Notes: a model not told the origin generated them from the letters alone. A stretch of DNA of 64,000 nucleotides from Candidatus Latescibacterota bacterium (GCA_965207885.1 OZ242311.1:1920001-1984000), one strand, 5' to 3'. Positions 1-9,897 are shown, counted from the first letter of the stretch. Numbers and translations: made by a program.

Positions 1-2
1 AT

Positions 3-974
3 CAGTTTGGAGCGCGTCAGGGCGATGGGAGATATGACGCGAAGTATGATCTGGACAGCGATGGTGCGGTTGGCTTTGGCGATTTTCTGAGTTTCACCAG
101 CTACTTCGGCTCGGTTGCCATTCGTGATGCGAACCTGCGTGCGGTAATCGCAGACAGCCTGGACAAGGCGAGTAGTGCGCCGATCAGCAGAGAAGAGATG
201 GCGAGCTTGACCAGGCTTGCAGCGACGCGTAAGAATATCAGCGACTTGACCGGGCTTGAGTTTGCAATGGGTCTGACAGACCTGTATCTTTACAGCAACA
301 GCATCTCGGATGTCTCTGCCCTCTCCGGACTGACAAACCTGACAGTGCTGCATCTTCACAACAACAGCATCTCGGATGTCTCTGCCCTCTCCGGACTGAC
401 AAACCTGACAGACCTGTATCTTGGCACCAACAGCATCTCGGATGTCTCTGCCCTCTCTGGACTGACAAATCTGACAGAGTTGCGTCTTCTCAGCAACAGC
501 ATCTCGGATGTCTCTGCTCTCTCTGGACTGACAAATCTGACATATCTGGATCTTGGCACCAACAGCATCTCGGATATCTCTGCTCTCTCCGGACTGACAA
601 ACCTGACAGTGCTGCGTCTTTACAGCAACAGCATCTCGGATATCTCTGCCCTCTCTGGACTGACAAACCTGACAAGGCTGCATCTTTACAGCAACAGCAT
701 CTCGGATATCTCTGCCCTCTCCGGACTGACAAACCTGACAGACCTGTATCTTCTCAGCAACAGCATCTCGGATATCTCTGCCCTCTCCGAACTGACAAAC
801 CTGACAGACCTGTATCTTCTCAGCAACAGCATCTCGGATCTTTCACCTCTAATTGCAAACACGGGATTGGGCAGTGGAGATGTGGTTGAGGTACGGAATA
901 ACCCACTGAGTGACACATCGCTCAATACGCACATTCCAGCCCTTCAAGGCAGAGGTGTGCGGGTGCAGTTTTGA
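3..974 (+). CDS. Internalin-like LRR protein with upstream dockerin/EF-hand-like motif (5' truncated by window edge)
   Basis: Frame is open from base 3 (QFGARQGDGRYDAKYDLDSDGAVGFGDFLSF...), then a cap (IRDANLRAVIADSL), 22-aa LRRs (LTxLxLxxNSISDVSALSGLTN) and a C-terminal cap. Confidence 0.9.
   Translation, partial: QFGARQGDGRYDAKYDLDSDGAVGFGDFLSFTSYFGSVAIRDANLRAVIADSLDKASSAPISREEMASLTRLAATRKNISDLTGLEFAMGLTDLYLYSNSISDVSALSGLTNLTVLHLHNNSISDVSALSGLTNLTDLYLGTNSISDVSALSGLTNLTELRLLSNSISDVSALSGLTNLTYLDLGTNSISDISALSGLTNLTVLRLYSNSISDISALSGLTNLTRLHLYSNSISDISALSGLTNLTDLYLLSNSISDISALSELTNLTDLYLLSNSISDLSPLIANTGLGSGDVVEVRNNPLSDTSLNTHIPALQGRGVRVQF
273..839 (+). repeat. Tandem array of 8 full + 1 partial 66-nt LRR-coding repeats
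   Basis: Units start at 273, 339, 405, 471, 537, 603, 669, 735 and 801; near-identical DNA except at a few codons. Confidence 0.95.
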
Positions 975-1014
975 GGACCTGCAGCATCTGCCCGTTTCGA
1001 TCAGGAAAGCATTT

Positions 1015-1881
1015 TCATCCAATCGCTGATCGCTTTGGCAGCGCGGCTCTAAACGCCGCCACACTCTCCCAATCGGGACCCAGTGCGTGCCGCGAGAATA
1101 TCGGATCTGGCTGCCGATACATCAAATGCGCCGTGCGCCGAATCCGCTGCGTCTGCCGGACAGTCCCGCAGTGATAACTGGCAATATTGAACATCACAGC
1201 AGACCCCGCAGACGCGTGAACATCGACCCGACCGATCCGTCGAGGATTTGTGCGACCAAAAGAATCTGTCCAGATCGGCTTATCCGGATCTACATACGCC
1301 GTCTCACTATCGGCAATCCGCAAAGCACCCTCGCCCCATCCGCTTTTGCCATCCCGCGTCTTGGGCAATTGACGCTTGGTCTCGGCACTCTCTGGAATAA
1401 GACTCGTACAGTGGGACCCGGCATCCACATCGTCCAGATAGTAAATCACCTGTATCGCCGGGGCAAAAAACGCATTCTTATCAGCACCCTCCACAATACC
1501 GTTGTATTCCCGGTGCCACTGCCGCGAGAGACAGAGCGGATCGCCGCCGTCAATATCCTCTGGCGGATCGGCGGCACACACCTCGCGCCGCAAAAAACTC
1601 AGACTGCTAAACTGAACACCCGCTCCGAGAATGCGATGCACCAGTGGCGCAACCGACGGATGGTGAACCAGGCCATCCAGCGCCTCTGTCCTGTGCATTA
1701 ACTCCGGCGCCCTGCAGCCCACTGCTACGTGCCCCGGACGCGGTCCAGGCTCCCATTCCTTCGGGTTCGCGGCCACATCGGCGTCAATCCCATCGTTAAT
1801 CGCCGCCACCTCCTCGGGTGAAAGCGCCCCCTCCACCACGGCATACCCGTTCTCATCAAAACATCTCAGTATCTCGTCCAT
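1015..1881 (-). CDS. Phytanoyl-CoA dioxygenase (PhyH) family Fe(II)/2OG oxygenase
   Basis: FDENGYAVVEGALS start, WHRE and YHCG metal ligands, IYYLDDV; ATG at 1881 preceded by AAGGAG. Confidence 0.8.
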   Translation of the reverse strand: MDEILRCFDENGYAVVEGALSPEEVAAINDGIDADVAANPKEWEPGPRPGHVAVGCRAPELMHRTEALDGLVHHPSVAPLVHRILGAGVQFSSLSFLRREVCAADPPEDIDGGDPLCLSRQWHREYNGIVEGADKNAFFAPAIQVIYYLDDVDAGSHCTSLIPESAETKRQLPKTRDGKSGWGEGALRIADSETAYVDPDKPIWTDSFGRTNPRRIGRVDVHASAGSAVMFNIASYHCGTVRQTQRIRRTAHLMYRQPDPIFSRHALGPDWESVAAFRAALPKRSAIG

Positions 1882-1910
1882 CGCATCGCTCCTTAGAAAA
1901 AGACGTCGCG

Positions 1911-3008
1911 TCAAACCGAATATTTTTCAAGAACATCCCGGTCAATCTCAATCCCCAGCCCGGGACCCTGGGGAACCGCGAGAAAACCATCCACGGGCAA
2001 AATAGGCTCTTTAGACAACGCTGTCCGAAGCCCATTTTCTGTCATATCGCATTCAAAAAAAGAAGGAACTGGATTCACAGAACCGGACGCATCTGGCATC
2101 GACGCCTGCCAGTGCAGAGTAGCGGCAAGACCAACGACTGCCCCCCACATATGCGGCATAACCGGAATATAATTGGCACTGGCCATTGCCACAACCTTTC
2201 TCGCCTCTGTAAACCCGCCGACAATCGCGATATCCGGCTGCACAATATCCACCGCCCGCCGCTGGATAAACTCTCGAAATGCCCAGCGACCCTGCGAACC
2301 CTCGCATCCTGCAATCCGCATCCCGAGCGCCCTTTTAATTTCTACATACCCGGCCACATCATCCCTCGAAGTCGGTTCTTCATACCAGAACAGATCGTAC
2401 GCTTCCATCCTGCGCCCCACATCAATCGCCGTACCCACATCATAGGCCAAATTTGCATCCACGCACAAAAGAATATCATCGCCAATCGCTTTTCGCACAG
2501 CAGCCACATTCTGCTCATCATAAACCTTCCCAAGCCCAACCTTCATCTTCATCGCGGGAAAACCCTGATCCACATATCCTCTGGCCTCATCCATCAACGC
2601 CTGTGTATTATCCGGCCTGTCCTTCCTGAACAACCCGCTGGCATAGCACGGGATACGGTCCCGAAATGCACCCCCCAAAAGGCGATAAATCGGCACATCA
2701 AGCGCCTTACCCATAATATCCCACAACGCAATATCCACGCCGCTGGTCGCGCCCACATTCCTCAAACTCCCCGAATTGTTCAGCGCGTTCCAGATCACTT
2801 CGCAATCGAACGGATCCTTCCCCATCACATGCCGCTGAATATCCGACTCCCCAAGCGACCCCGCCCCTTGCCCCCATCCCGTAATACCCGTATCGGTAGA
2901 AATCTCCAATAGGATAGATGACCGCTCCGTAATCCACGTAAAAGAATTTCCGAACTTCTCGGTCACGGGATAGCGCAAACGATGATATTTAACATCCGTA
3001 ATCTTCAT
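1911..3008 (-). CDS. Mandelate racemase/muconate lactonizing enzyme family (enolase superfamily)
   Basis: GVDIALWDIMGKALDVPIYRLLGG, KMKVG, VDAN, WYEEP, VQPD, PQGPGLGIEID. Confidence 0.9.
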   Translation of the reverse strand: MKITDVKYHRLRYPVTEKFGNSFTWITERSSILLEISTDTGITGWGQGAGSLGESDIQRHVMGKDPFDCEVIWNALNNSGSLRNVGATSGVDIALWDIMGKALDVPIYRLLGGAFRDRIPCYASGLFRKDRPDNTQALMDEARGYVDQGFPAMKMKVGLGKVYDEQNVAAVRKAIGDDILLCVDANLAYDVGTAIDVGRRMEAYDLFWYEEPTSRDDVAGYVEIKRALGMRIAGCEGSQGRWAFREFIQRRAVDIVQPDIAIVGGFTEARKVVAMASANYIPVMPHMWGAVVGLAATLHWQASMPDASGSVNPVPSFFECDMTENGLRTALSKEPILPVDGFLAVPQGPGLGIEIDRDVLEKYSV

Positions 3009-3206
3009 AATCCCTCCCATACATTGATCCAAACATCTGGCACCCGAAAATACAACCCCATTTTACCAAAGTCAACCAGCACCGAACTTCAGAATATCAT
3101 CTTTCCCATCTGGACTTGCAATCCATTCCAACCTTGCCCATATTTTAATGGACAGACTGATCCAGAAATTTCCGTTGTTCATCCCTCTTTACACAGGAAT
3201 AGTAAA

Positions 3207-3506
3207 ATGGCTTCTTGGCAAATTAAGCAACTCGAAAAAATGAGCGAAACGGACCCCGATTTGATAGATGATGTACTCCATCATCTACACCAATCAAACC
3301 CTGTACTCCTTGAAAAACTTGTAATAGGTGCCTATCTCGATCGCGATATTAACCTCGGTAAGGCAGCGGAACTTCTCGGTCTCCATCGAGAAGAACTGAG
3401 ACAACGTTTCCTCAAACAGGGCATTCCGCTGAGAGAAGGGAGTCAATCCGTCGATGAATTAAAAGCTGAAATTGCTGCTGCTGATCAAATGGGACGTTCA
3501 AAGTGA
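3207..3506 (+). CDS. UPF0175-family protein (putative antitoxin)
   Basis: AYLDRDINLGKAAELLGLHREEL...GIPL motif; overlaps the start of a PIN-type gene. Confidence 0.75.
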   Translation: MASWQIKQLEKMSETDPDLIDDVLHHLHQSNPVLLEKLVIGAYLDRDINLGKAAELLGLHREELRQRFLKQGIPLREGSQSVDELKAEIAAADQMGRSK

Positions 3507-3755
3507 TCATTATTGACAATACCGTATTGTCTAATTTTGCACGCACAAACCACCTTCAACTATTAGAACTATTCTGCCGAAGTCGTGGATTGATCGTTCA
3601 GGCAGTCAGGGAAGAGTTTCAACGGGGTATCAATAGAGGATTATTTCCTGAGACAGACTTATCGTGGATGAATCAAATCGATATCACAGATCCCAAAGAA
3701 ATCTATCTTTCACAACGTTATAGATTGGAGTTGGGAAACGGTGAATCTGATAGCC
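3503..3755 (+). pseudogene. PIN-domain (DUF3368-like) toxin N-terminus, truncated by IS3 insertion
   Basis: IIIDNTVLSNF...VREEF...LGNGESDS typical of PIN/DUF3368; sequence switches to the IS inverted repeat at 3756. Confidence 0.8.
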
Positions 3756-3810
3756 TGGACTTGACCCGTTTTAGTGGACAACTTATCTCTTTCAGAGAAA
3801 GGAGTCCGCA

Positions 3811-4122
3811 ATGGGAAGAAAAAGATCATATCCATCAGCATTTCGCCAGCAAATGGTCGCGCTGGTCAGATCAGGCCGTAGTGCCAGCGATTTGGCCAAA
3901 GAGTTTGAGCCGACCGCTCAGACGATCAGTGCCTGGGTGCGTCAAGCAGACCGCGATGAAGGCCGTCGGGACGATGGGTTGACCAGTCGTGAGCGAGAAG
4001 AACTTCAGCGGCTTCGCAAAGAAAATAAACGCTTGCGTCAAGAGCGTGAGATCCTTGCAAAAGCCGCGGCCTGGTTCGCAGCGGAGACCGATGCGATACC
4101 CCCAAAATCTTCAGATACATAA
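3811..4122 (+). CDS. IS3 transposase OrfA (HTH + leucine zipper)
   Basis: YPSAFRQQMVALVRSGRS...EREELQRLRKENKRLRQEREILAKAAAWFA. Confidence 0.92.
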   Translation: MGRKRSYPSAFRQQMVALVRSGRSASDLAKEFEPTAQTISAWVRQADRDEGRRDDGLTSREREELQRLRKENKRLRQEREILAKAAAWFAAETDAIPPKSSDT

Positions 4123-5003
4123 AGGCGCATCAGGCCATCCATCCGATCACCATGCTATGCCGCGTGCTGGGTGTCTCCACCAGTGGGTATTATGCCTGGT
4201 GTAATAGACCTTTATCTAAACGGGCAAAGGACGATGAAAAGTTAACAGAACAAATAAGCACCTTTCATCAGCGTTCTAATGGAACCTATGGCGCACCGCG
4301 TATCTTTCAGGATCTGCGCGAAGTAGGTGTCCACATCAGCAAGAAACGGGTCGCAAGACTGATGCGACAAGCCAATATATGTGGTGTGAGCCGAAGAAAA
4401 GGTATCCTGACTACATACCGGTCTATCACAGACGAGAAAGCCCCTGATCTGGTTAAGCGAGACTTTAGGGTTGATAAGCCCAACAAGCTGTGGGTCGCTG
4501 ATATTACCTACATAAAAACCTGGTCTGGCTTTTTGTATCTCTCTGTTGTTCTCGACGCCTTCTCCAGACGCGTAGTTGGTTGGGCAATGGCCTCGCATCT
4601 GAAGACCCAACTGGTCTTAGATGCCTTGGATATGGCACTTTGGAACCGACGACCAGATGGGGTCATCCATCATTCAGATCAAGGCGCTCAATATACCTCT
4701 TATGCCTTTGGTCAACGCTGTGCAAGAATGGGGGTCAAACCCTCTGTCGGATCGGTTGGCGATTGCTTTGACAATGCCTTGTGTGAAAGCTTCTTTGCTA
4801 CCCTTGAATGCGAGTTGATAGACCGGCATAGCTTCCCCAATCATAATCAGGCCAAACTGTCTATCTTCGAGTATATTGAAGGGTGGTATAACCCACACCG
4901 CAGACACTCTGCGATCAGGTACCAATCGCCCATCACCTATGAAAAACTGATGGCAAAAGGTGACGGGGTTGAAAGTTCTACACTATCCACTAAAACGGGG
5001 TAA
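4101..5003 (+). CDS. IS3 transposase OrfB (DDE core), reached by -1 frameshift
   Basis: WVADITYI, IHHSDQGAQY, DNALCESFFATLE; the -1 frame is open from the CCCAAAA heptamer at 4101. Confidence 0.92.
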   Translation, partial: PKIFRYIKAHQAIHPITMLCRVLGVSTSGYYAWCNRPLSKRAKDDEKLTEQISTFHQRSNGTYGAPRIFQDLREVGVHISKKRVARLMRQANICGVSRRKGILTTYRSITDEKAPDLVKRDFRVDKPNKLWVADITYIKTWSGFLYLSVVLDAFSRRVVGWAMASHLKTQLVLDALDMALWNRRPDGVIHHSDQGAQYTSYAFGQRCARMGVKPSVGSVGDCFDNALCESFFATLECELIDRHSFPNHNQAKLSIFEYIEGWYNPHRRHSAIRYQSPITYEKLMAKGDGVESSTLSTKTG

Positions 5004-5008
5004 CTCCA

Positions 5009-6129
5009 CAAGGCTAGATTTAGATTACTTCTTTCGCACGTTTTTTCGGGCCAAGTTCGCTGAAACGGAGAATGACTACGATAGATTCGAGGGTGCCTAC
5101 CATTACGAAATATACCGTAATGAGAAGATTCGTAGTTATTTTGGGGATTTTACAGATACCGACCTCCTGTATAAACGGATCGTTGAGGATATCAAGTATT
5201 TTGCTGATCTATATCTTCATCTTCGCACGAGCTACGAATACGAATATCTGATATACAATAAGTTTCTTGACCAAAACCAGCAATATCTCCTCATACTCTC
5301 TTGCATAGATGCCGCAGATGACGATCGAGTTCGTAAGGAAAAAATTACGGGTATCGCTCGCAAATTCGATCAACTCCACTCTATTATGCGCTTACTCAAC
5401 GTGTATGATAGCAATGACTTTCAAACAATCATCTACCCGATAAATAGGGCTATTAGAGACGGATCACTTGATGATGCTGAAGCCGTATTTGACAAGGCAC
5501 TCATTACAAAATTAGAAGAAAAAGAGGTTCTGCGAGAGGGAGAGATCAAAACGGTTTCGAATCTATTTAGATACGAGCTCTTCAAGGGAGCGCAAAATAG
5601 TTGGAAGAACTTCAGCAAGTATGTGCTTATGCGCATTGACCGATACCTTTCTCGGCTACTAGACAAGCCATCTTACGCAGGTAGCACGCTCAAGGAACTG
5701 GAAGAATATTTCAACAAGTCTAATCAGCGTAGATATGGCATGCATTTGGAGCATATATATGCCTACAATGATTCGAATATAAAGCTATTCACTGACAACA
5801 ATGTATTCGATGAACAGCAGTTTAAGTCCGTTAGAGATCGGCTCGGGATGGTTCTGCTTCTGAAGGATAGGCAAAATCTCAGTAGCGGTAATGAGATATA
5901 CACAAATAAGGTAAAGACTTATAAGACAAGTAACTTTATTTGGAATGAGTTACTCGTTGGGCATTTGCCGAAAGTGGATGTAGAGTGTTTGCCTGAGGAA
6001 CTCCAGAGTGAGCCAGTTGCGCCGGACGGCACGGGTGCTTTTCCAAAAGATAAAGTCGATGAAAGACAGCGATTGCTTTTCAGTGTTATCAAACAAATTT
6101 GGTGTGACTCTATTTCTTCATCAACCTGA
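5009..6129 (+). pseudogene. C-terminal part of a GmrSD-like (DUF262/DUF1524) restriction endonuclease, N-terminus lost at the IS boundary
   Basis: LEHIYA...RLGMVLLL...NLSSGN resembles the DUF1524 His-Me nuclease motif; AT-rich; no native start after the IRR. Confidence 0.65.
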
Positions 6130-6382
6130 GTAAGGTTCAGGTGTGGAGAATGTCTATAGGACGAATAAGCGCCGCTTTCCTTAAGGCGGGATATTGACCA
6201 ATCATTTCATTGATAGCAAGTTCTGTATCGCCATAAATTTTTGATATTACTTGCTATTCTTGGCAAAAAATCCTCTTTCCATTATTCTCTAATCCCAGTA
6301 TTCCCTGAGGTAAATGAACTACAAAGCAAAGTTCGGATAACCGGCTTTTGGCAAGTATTTTGATTTATTGAAAGGTATCACA

Positions 6383-7810
6383 ATGGCAAATTATTGTCCC
6401 AATATTGTGCTTGTGATGTGCGACCAGATGCGCTGGGATGCTGCTGGTTTTGCGGGTAGTTCTGTTGTTCAAACGCCCCATCTGGACCGTTTATCCGAGG
6501 GTGGTGTGTGTTTTGAAAATGCCTATTGCGCTTCTCCTGTTTGTTCGCCCGCTCGGGCGAGTTGGTTGACCGGGTGCTATCCCCACGCCCACTTGCAATT
6601 GCGAAATTACGGGCCAAAACGAGGAAAAGACTGGGGGAGTTATCTGCCGCAGGACCGCGTTACGATGGGCGATGTTTTGAAACGCGCGGGATATCGCTGT
6701 GGCATGGTAGGCCCGTGGCATCTGGGCGATGACCATGCACCACAGCACGGGTTTGAGGATTTCTGGCAGACCTATCGATATCTGGACGACGAATATACAG
6801 ATCCCCTTTTCGATTATTTTGAACGCGAGGGGGTACCCAATCTCTACAGCGATAAGGATGCCGTCACGCAATACGGAAATATACTGGCTTTTACGACACT
6901 TACAGATCCGCGACAGCAGCGTACGACCTGGACGGTTGACCGCGCGATTGATTTTTTGCGCCGGCAAGAAGATGACCCGTTTTTTCTTTTTGTGAGCGTT
7001 AAGGATCCGCATCCCCTCATCGTTATCCCACCAGAATTGCTCGAGCTCTATCCGGTAGATCAAATGCCCTTGCCGGATTCTCTGCGAGATCCACTTGAGG
7101 GTAAACCGCATTTTCAAACCCGCACAAAATTTCGCATGCCCAATACAGTGATAGATCGGCAGTTCTGCGAGATGATTGCGTACTATTACGCTCTGATTAC
7201 CCATATTGACGCGCAGGTCGGGCGTCTGGTCGGCGTTCTTGAAGAACAGAATATGCGCGATAATACGATCGTAGTTTTTATGAGCGACCACGGCGAACTG
7301 CTCGGCGATCACGGTTGCACAGAAAAGTGTCTCATGTACGAGGCCTCGGTCAGAGTTCCTTGCCTGCTTTCGTGGCCGCGTGCGCTCCCAATGGGTTTGC
7401 GCGTGACGACCCCGCTTGCCGGTGTTGATTTAATGCCGACTTTGCTCGATCTGGCAGGCGAGATACTGCCCAAGAAAATCGATGGTCGTTCCGTTGCAGA
7501 TGCGATCCTGAATGGTCGGCAACCCGAACCGCAGCCCATTTTTGCAGAGATCGCCAGCCAGGAGGCCGTTTATTGGGGGTCAACAGAAAGAGAGCAGTTT
7601 GCCGCGCATGTGATGAATCTCGATGGTCGCTGGAAGTATATTCGCAATCGTTTTGATATCGACGAGTTGTACGATTTGGAGACAGATCCGGGCGAAATGC
7701 AAAATCTCGCGCAGCTTTCCAAATATCAACCGCGCATTACAGCTATGCGCCAGCAAATCGCCGAGATGATTTGCCATACGGGTCCCGGTCCTTACGATTG
7801 GTGTTTGTAA
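6383..7810 (+). CDS. Formylglycine-dependent sulfatase
   Basis: PNIVLVMCDQMR, CSPAR (CxPxR), SDHG, ELYDLETDPGE. Confidence 0.92.
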   Translation: MANYCPNIVLVMCDQMRWDAAGFAGSSVVQTPHLDRLSEGGVCFENAYCASPVCSPARASWLTGCYPHAHLQLRNYGPKRGKDWGSYLPQDRVTMGDVLKRAGYRCGMVGPWHLGDDHAPQHGFEDFWQTYRYLDDEYTDPLFDYFEREGVPNLYSDKDAVTQYGNILAFTTLTDPRQQRTTWTVDRAIDFLRRQEDDPFFLFVSVKDPHPLIVIPPELLELYPVDQMPLPDSLRDPLEGKPHFQTRTKFRMPNTVIDRQFCEMIAYYYALITHIDAQVGRLVGVLEEQNMRDNTIVVFMSDHGELLGDHGCTEKCLMYEASVRVPCLLSWPRALPMGLRVTTPLAGVDLMPTLLDLAGEILPKKIDGRSVADAILNGRQPEPQPIFAEIASQEAVYWGSTEREQFAAHVMNLDGRWKYIRNRFDIDELYDLETDPGEMQNLAQLSKYQPRITAMRQQIAEMICHTGPGPYDWCL

Positions 7811-7844
7811 GTGCAGGTAGCGCGCAAAAAGGAGAACTGACAAG

Positions 7845-8792
7845 ATGAGAGAATCAACAGGTTTTGCCCAGAAAGATCCCATTCCATTTGAGGTGTTTGC
7901 GGGTTTCGAGCGGCTTGAGAGTGTCAATCCCATTATTGCCTGCGAGCCGCCAGAGTGGGCCGCTGCAGCCCATGCATTTGTGATGGATGATACGGTTCAC
8001 TATTTGTGGGGGAGGAGAAAAGAGGGCAATTATTGGGTTTTGATGCATAGCACGGCTCCGGTGAAAGATCCGGCAAAGATCGCGCACGATCCTCGCAATC
8101 CCGTGCTTTTGCCTTCGAGCGAGGGGTTTGACGATTATACAATCGAATATCCTTTTCCGTTTTGGAATCCCGCCGATGGCAGGTTCTATGTTTATTATTT
8201 GGGACGACGACAAAAGCCGCCAAAGCAGACGGGTCTATTGGTCGGGGATGGTGATTTTGGCAAATGGACGCGCGTTTGTCAGACGCCTGTGATTGCCTCA
8301 GATACCGCGCACGAGCGACAGGGGTCGTCGCATCCCTCGGTTGTGGTTGTAGATGATACCATACATATCATTTATACGGGGGAGTCGGCAGATCCGCCGA
8401 CCTTATGCCACGCGACTGCGCCGACGAGCGACCCCGAGGCTGTTACCAAAGATCCCGCCAATCCCATTTTTAAAGGCAGTGGAGAAATGTGGGATAGTTG
8501 TGGTGTCCGGGAGGCTGAGATTTTTAAGGGTCCACAGTATTTCCATCTCTTTTACGGGGGTTCCGATGGTGAGACCTGGCGGATTGGACATGTTCGGACG
8601 CGCGATTTTTGCACCTTTGAACCCAATCCGCACAATCCAATTTTTTCGCCCTCGCCAGATCCCGATGCATGGGACTGCGATGGGATACTAACGCCTCAGG
8701 TGATTGAAATCGACAACCGCTACTACATGGTTTATGCGGGTATGAGAGGGAGGGAGTGGCAGACGGGGCTCGCGGTAATGCGATCTCTATGA
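7845..8792 (+). CDS. Five-bladed beta-propeller glycoside hydrolase-like protein (GH32/43/130-like)
   Basis: Repeated NPVL/NPIF...WD...P blades (KDPANPIF, PHNPIFSP..WDCDG, YYMVYAG). Confidence 0.6.
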   Translation: MRESTGFAQKDPIPFEVFAGFERLESVNPIIACEPPEWAAAAHAFVMDDTVHYLWGRRKEGNYWVLMHSTAPVKDPAKIAHDPRNPVLLPSSEGFDDYTIEYPFPFWNPADGRFYVYYLGRRQKPPKQTGLLVGDGDFGKWTRVCQTPVIASDTAHERQGSSHPSVVVVDDTIHIIYTGESADPPTLCHATAPTSDPEAVTKDPANPIFKGSGEMWDSCGVREAEIFKGPQYFHLFYGGSDGETWRIGHVRTRDFCTFEPNPHNPIFSPSPDPDAWDCDGILTPQVIEIDNRYYMVYAGMRGREWQTGLAVMRSL

Positions 8793-8793
8793 C

Positions 8794-9897
8794 TCAGTCT
8801 TTCAGAACGCGGTTGGGCGTGTACTGGTTTGTATAGTGACGCATGTTTCCTGTGGCGTTGTTCTGTTTGATGGCGTCGGCGGGGAAGGTATGGAGAAACC
8901 AGTTGTTGTAGATTTCAGCACTTTCCTGGGGGATACCCCGAATGACTACGGCGGGTACACTGGTGGCGTGAAAGGTATTGTGGTGGATTAACATGAGATC
9001 GCCGGCGATGTGCGTATCGTCACCTCGATCTCGGCCGCCGTGCATGTCAAAGCTGTGGCTGTTGGCGTTTTCCAGAATCAGATTGTAACGAGCCTCATAG
9101 CTGGTGCCGGGCCTGCCAGTGCCTGCAATGTGGTGGCGGCACCAGTCGAACAAATTGGCTTCGATAAGGGCGTTGGACTGGTCCAGCACCACGCCGTAGC
9201 CCAGGCCATAGCGCTGGTTGTGGTGAAAGTAGTTGTGATGGATGTGGTTGTCCGTCGAGCCAGCTCGCAGGAAGATCGCGGCGTGGCTCCAGCCCCAGAG
9301 TTCGCAGTTATCGACTTCGAGGTTGGGGTATTCGGTCTGGATGGCGCGAGAGTTGGGGATGCTGTAGTAGCGCCCTTCTGCGTGGAGTTGTCTCATCTGC
9401 TCGGTGCGCCTGAGGGTGTCCGGTCCCTGGAAGCGAAGGCCAGTGATACGGACGTTGGGTCCGGCGGCGATAAAGAGAGGTATGGTTTCGAGTTGTTTGG
9501 AGTAGAGCAAGGCACCCTGGGAGCCGGGTTTGCCCCGGCCGCTGGCGAGCGTGACGCCTCCGCGTATGGCGATGTTCTGGTGTCCGGTCAGGTCGATTCT
9601 GACGGTATCTACTATATAGACTATCTGGTTGGTACCGGCGAACTCGAGGGCGTCGAGCAGTTCCATGCGGTTTGTGACCAGGTATTCGGATGGGTCAAGC
9701 AGGCGGTTGTAGCCCTCGCCGCCGCCTATGGGATTGCCGGTGGGGTTGATGTCGGCACCGAATTTGTCATCTGACAGCAGGGGTTTTTCCTGCTGATCGT
9801 TGCCGTCTGAGGAAGGATCGGGGGTGAGTGACTTTTCTTTGTCAGAACAGGCGAGTAAAAGGAGGAGTGCGGTGAGATATCTAAGCATTCCCGACAT
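8794..9897 (-). CDS. Lipoprotein with right-handed beta-helix (pectin lyase-like) domain
   Basis: Lipobox LLLLAC; VRITGLRFQG, HIHHNYFHHN and IEANLF beta-helix repeats. Confidence 0.7.
   Translation of the reverse strand: MSGMLRYLTALLLLLACSDKEKSLTPDPSSDGNDQQEKPLLSDDKFGADINPTGNPIGGGEGYNRLLDPSEYLVTNRMELLDALEFAGTNQIVYIVDTVRIDLTGHQNIAIRGGVTLASGRGKPGSQGALLYSKQLETIPLFIAAGPNVRITGLRFQGPDTLRRTEQMRQLHAEGRYYSIPNSRAIQTEYPNLEVDNCELWGWSHAAIFLRAGSTDNHIHHNYFHHNQRYGLGYGVVLDQSNALIEANLFDWCRHHIAGTGRPGTSYEARYNLILENANSHSFDMHGGRDRGDDTHIAGDLMLIHHNTFHATSVPAVVIRGIPQESAEIYNNWFLHTFPADAIKQNNATGNMRHYTNQYTPNRVLKD

Larger units (their letters stand above)
3756..5008 (+). mobile_element. IS3-family insertion sequence (1253 bp)
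   Basis: IRL TGGACTTGACCCGTTTTAGTGGACA vs IRR (reverse complement) TGGAGTTACCCCGTTTTAGTGGATA, 21/25 identical with TG...CA ends; orfA/orfB layout. Confidence 0.95.

Noticed and set aside
273-839. CRISPR array or classical DGR variable region
   Set aside because: The repeats are in-frame 66-nt LRR codons with no unique spacers or cas genes. No RT or template repeat is in the window, and silent adenines (ACA codons) are invariant.
3503-3982. Intact 159-aa PIN toxin
   Set aside because: The part after 3755 is out-of-frame IS sequence.
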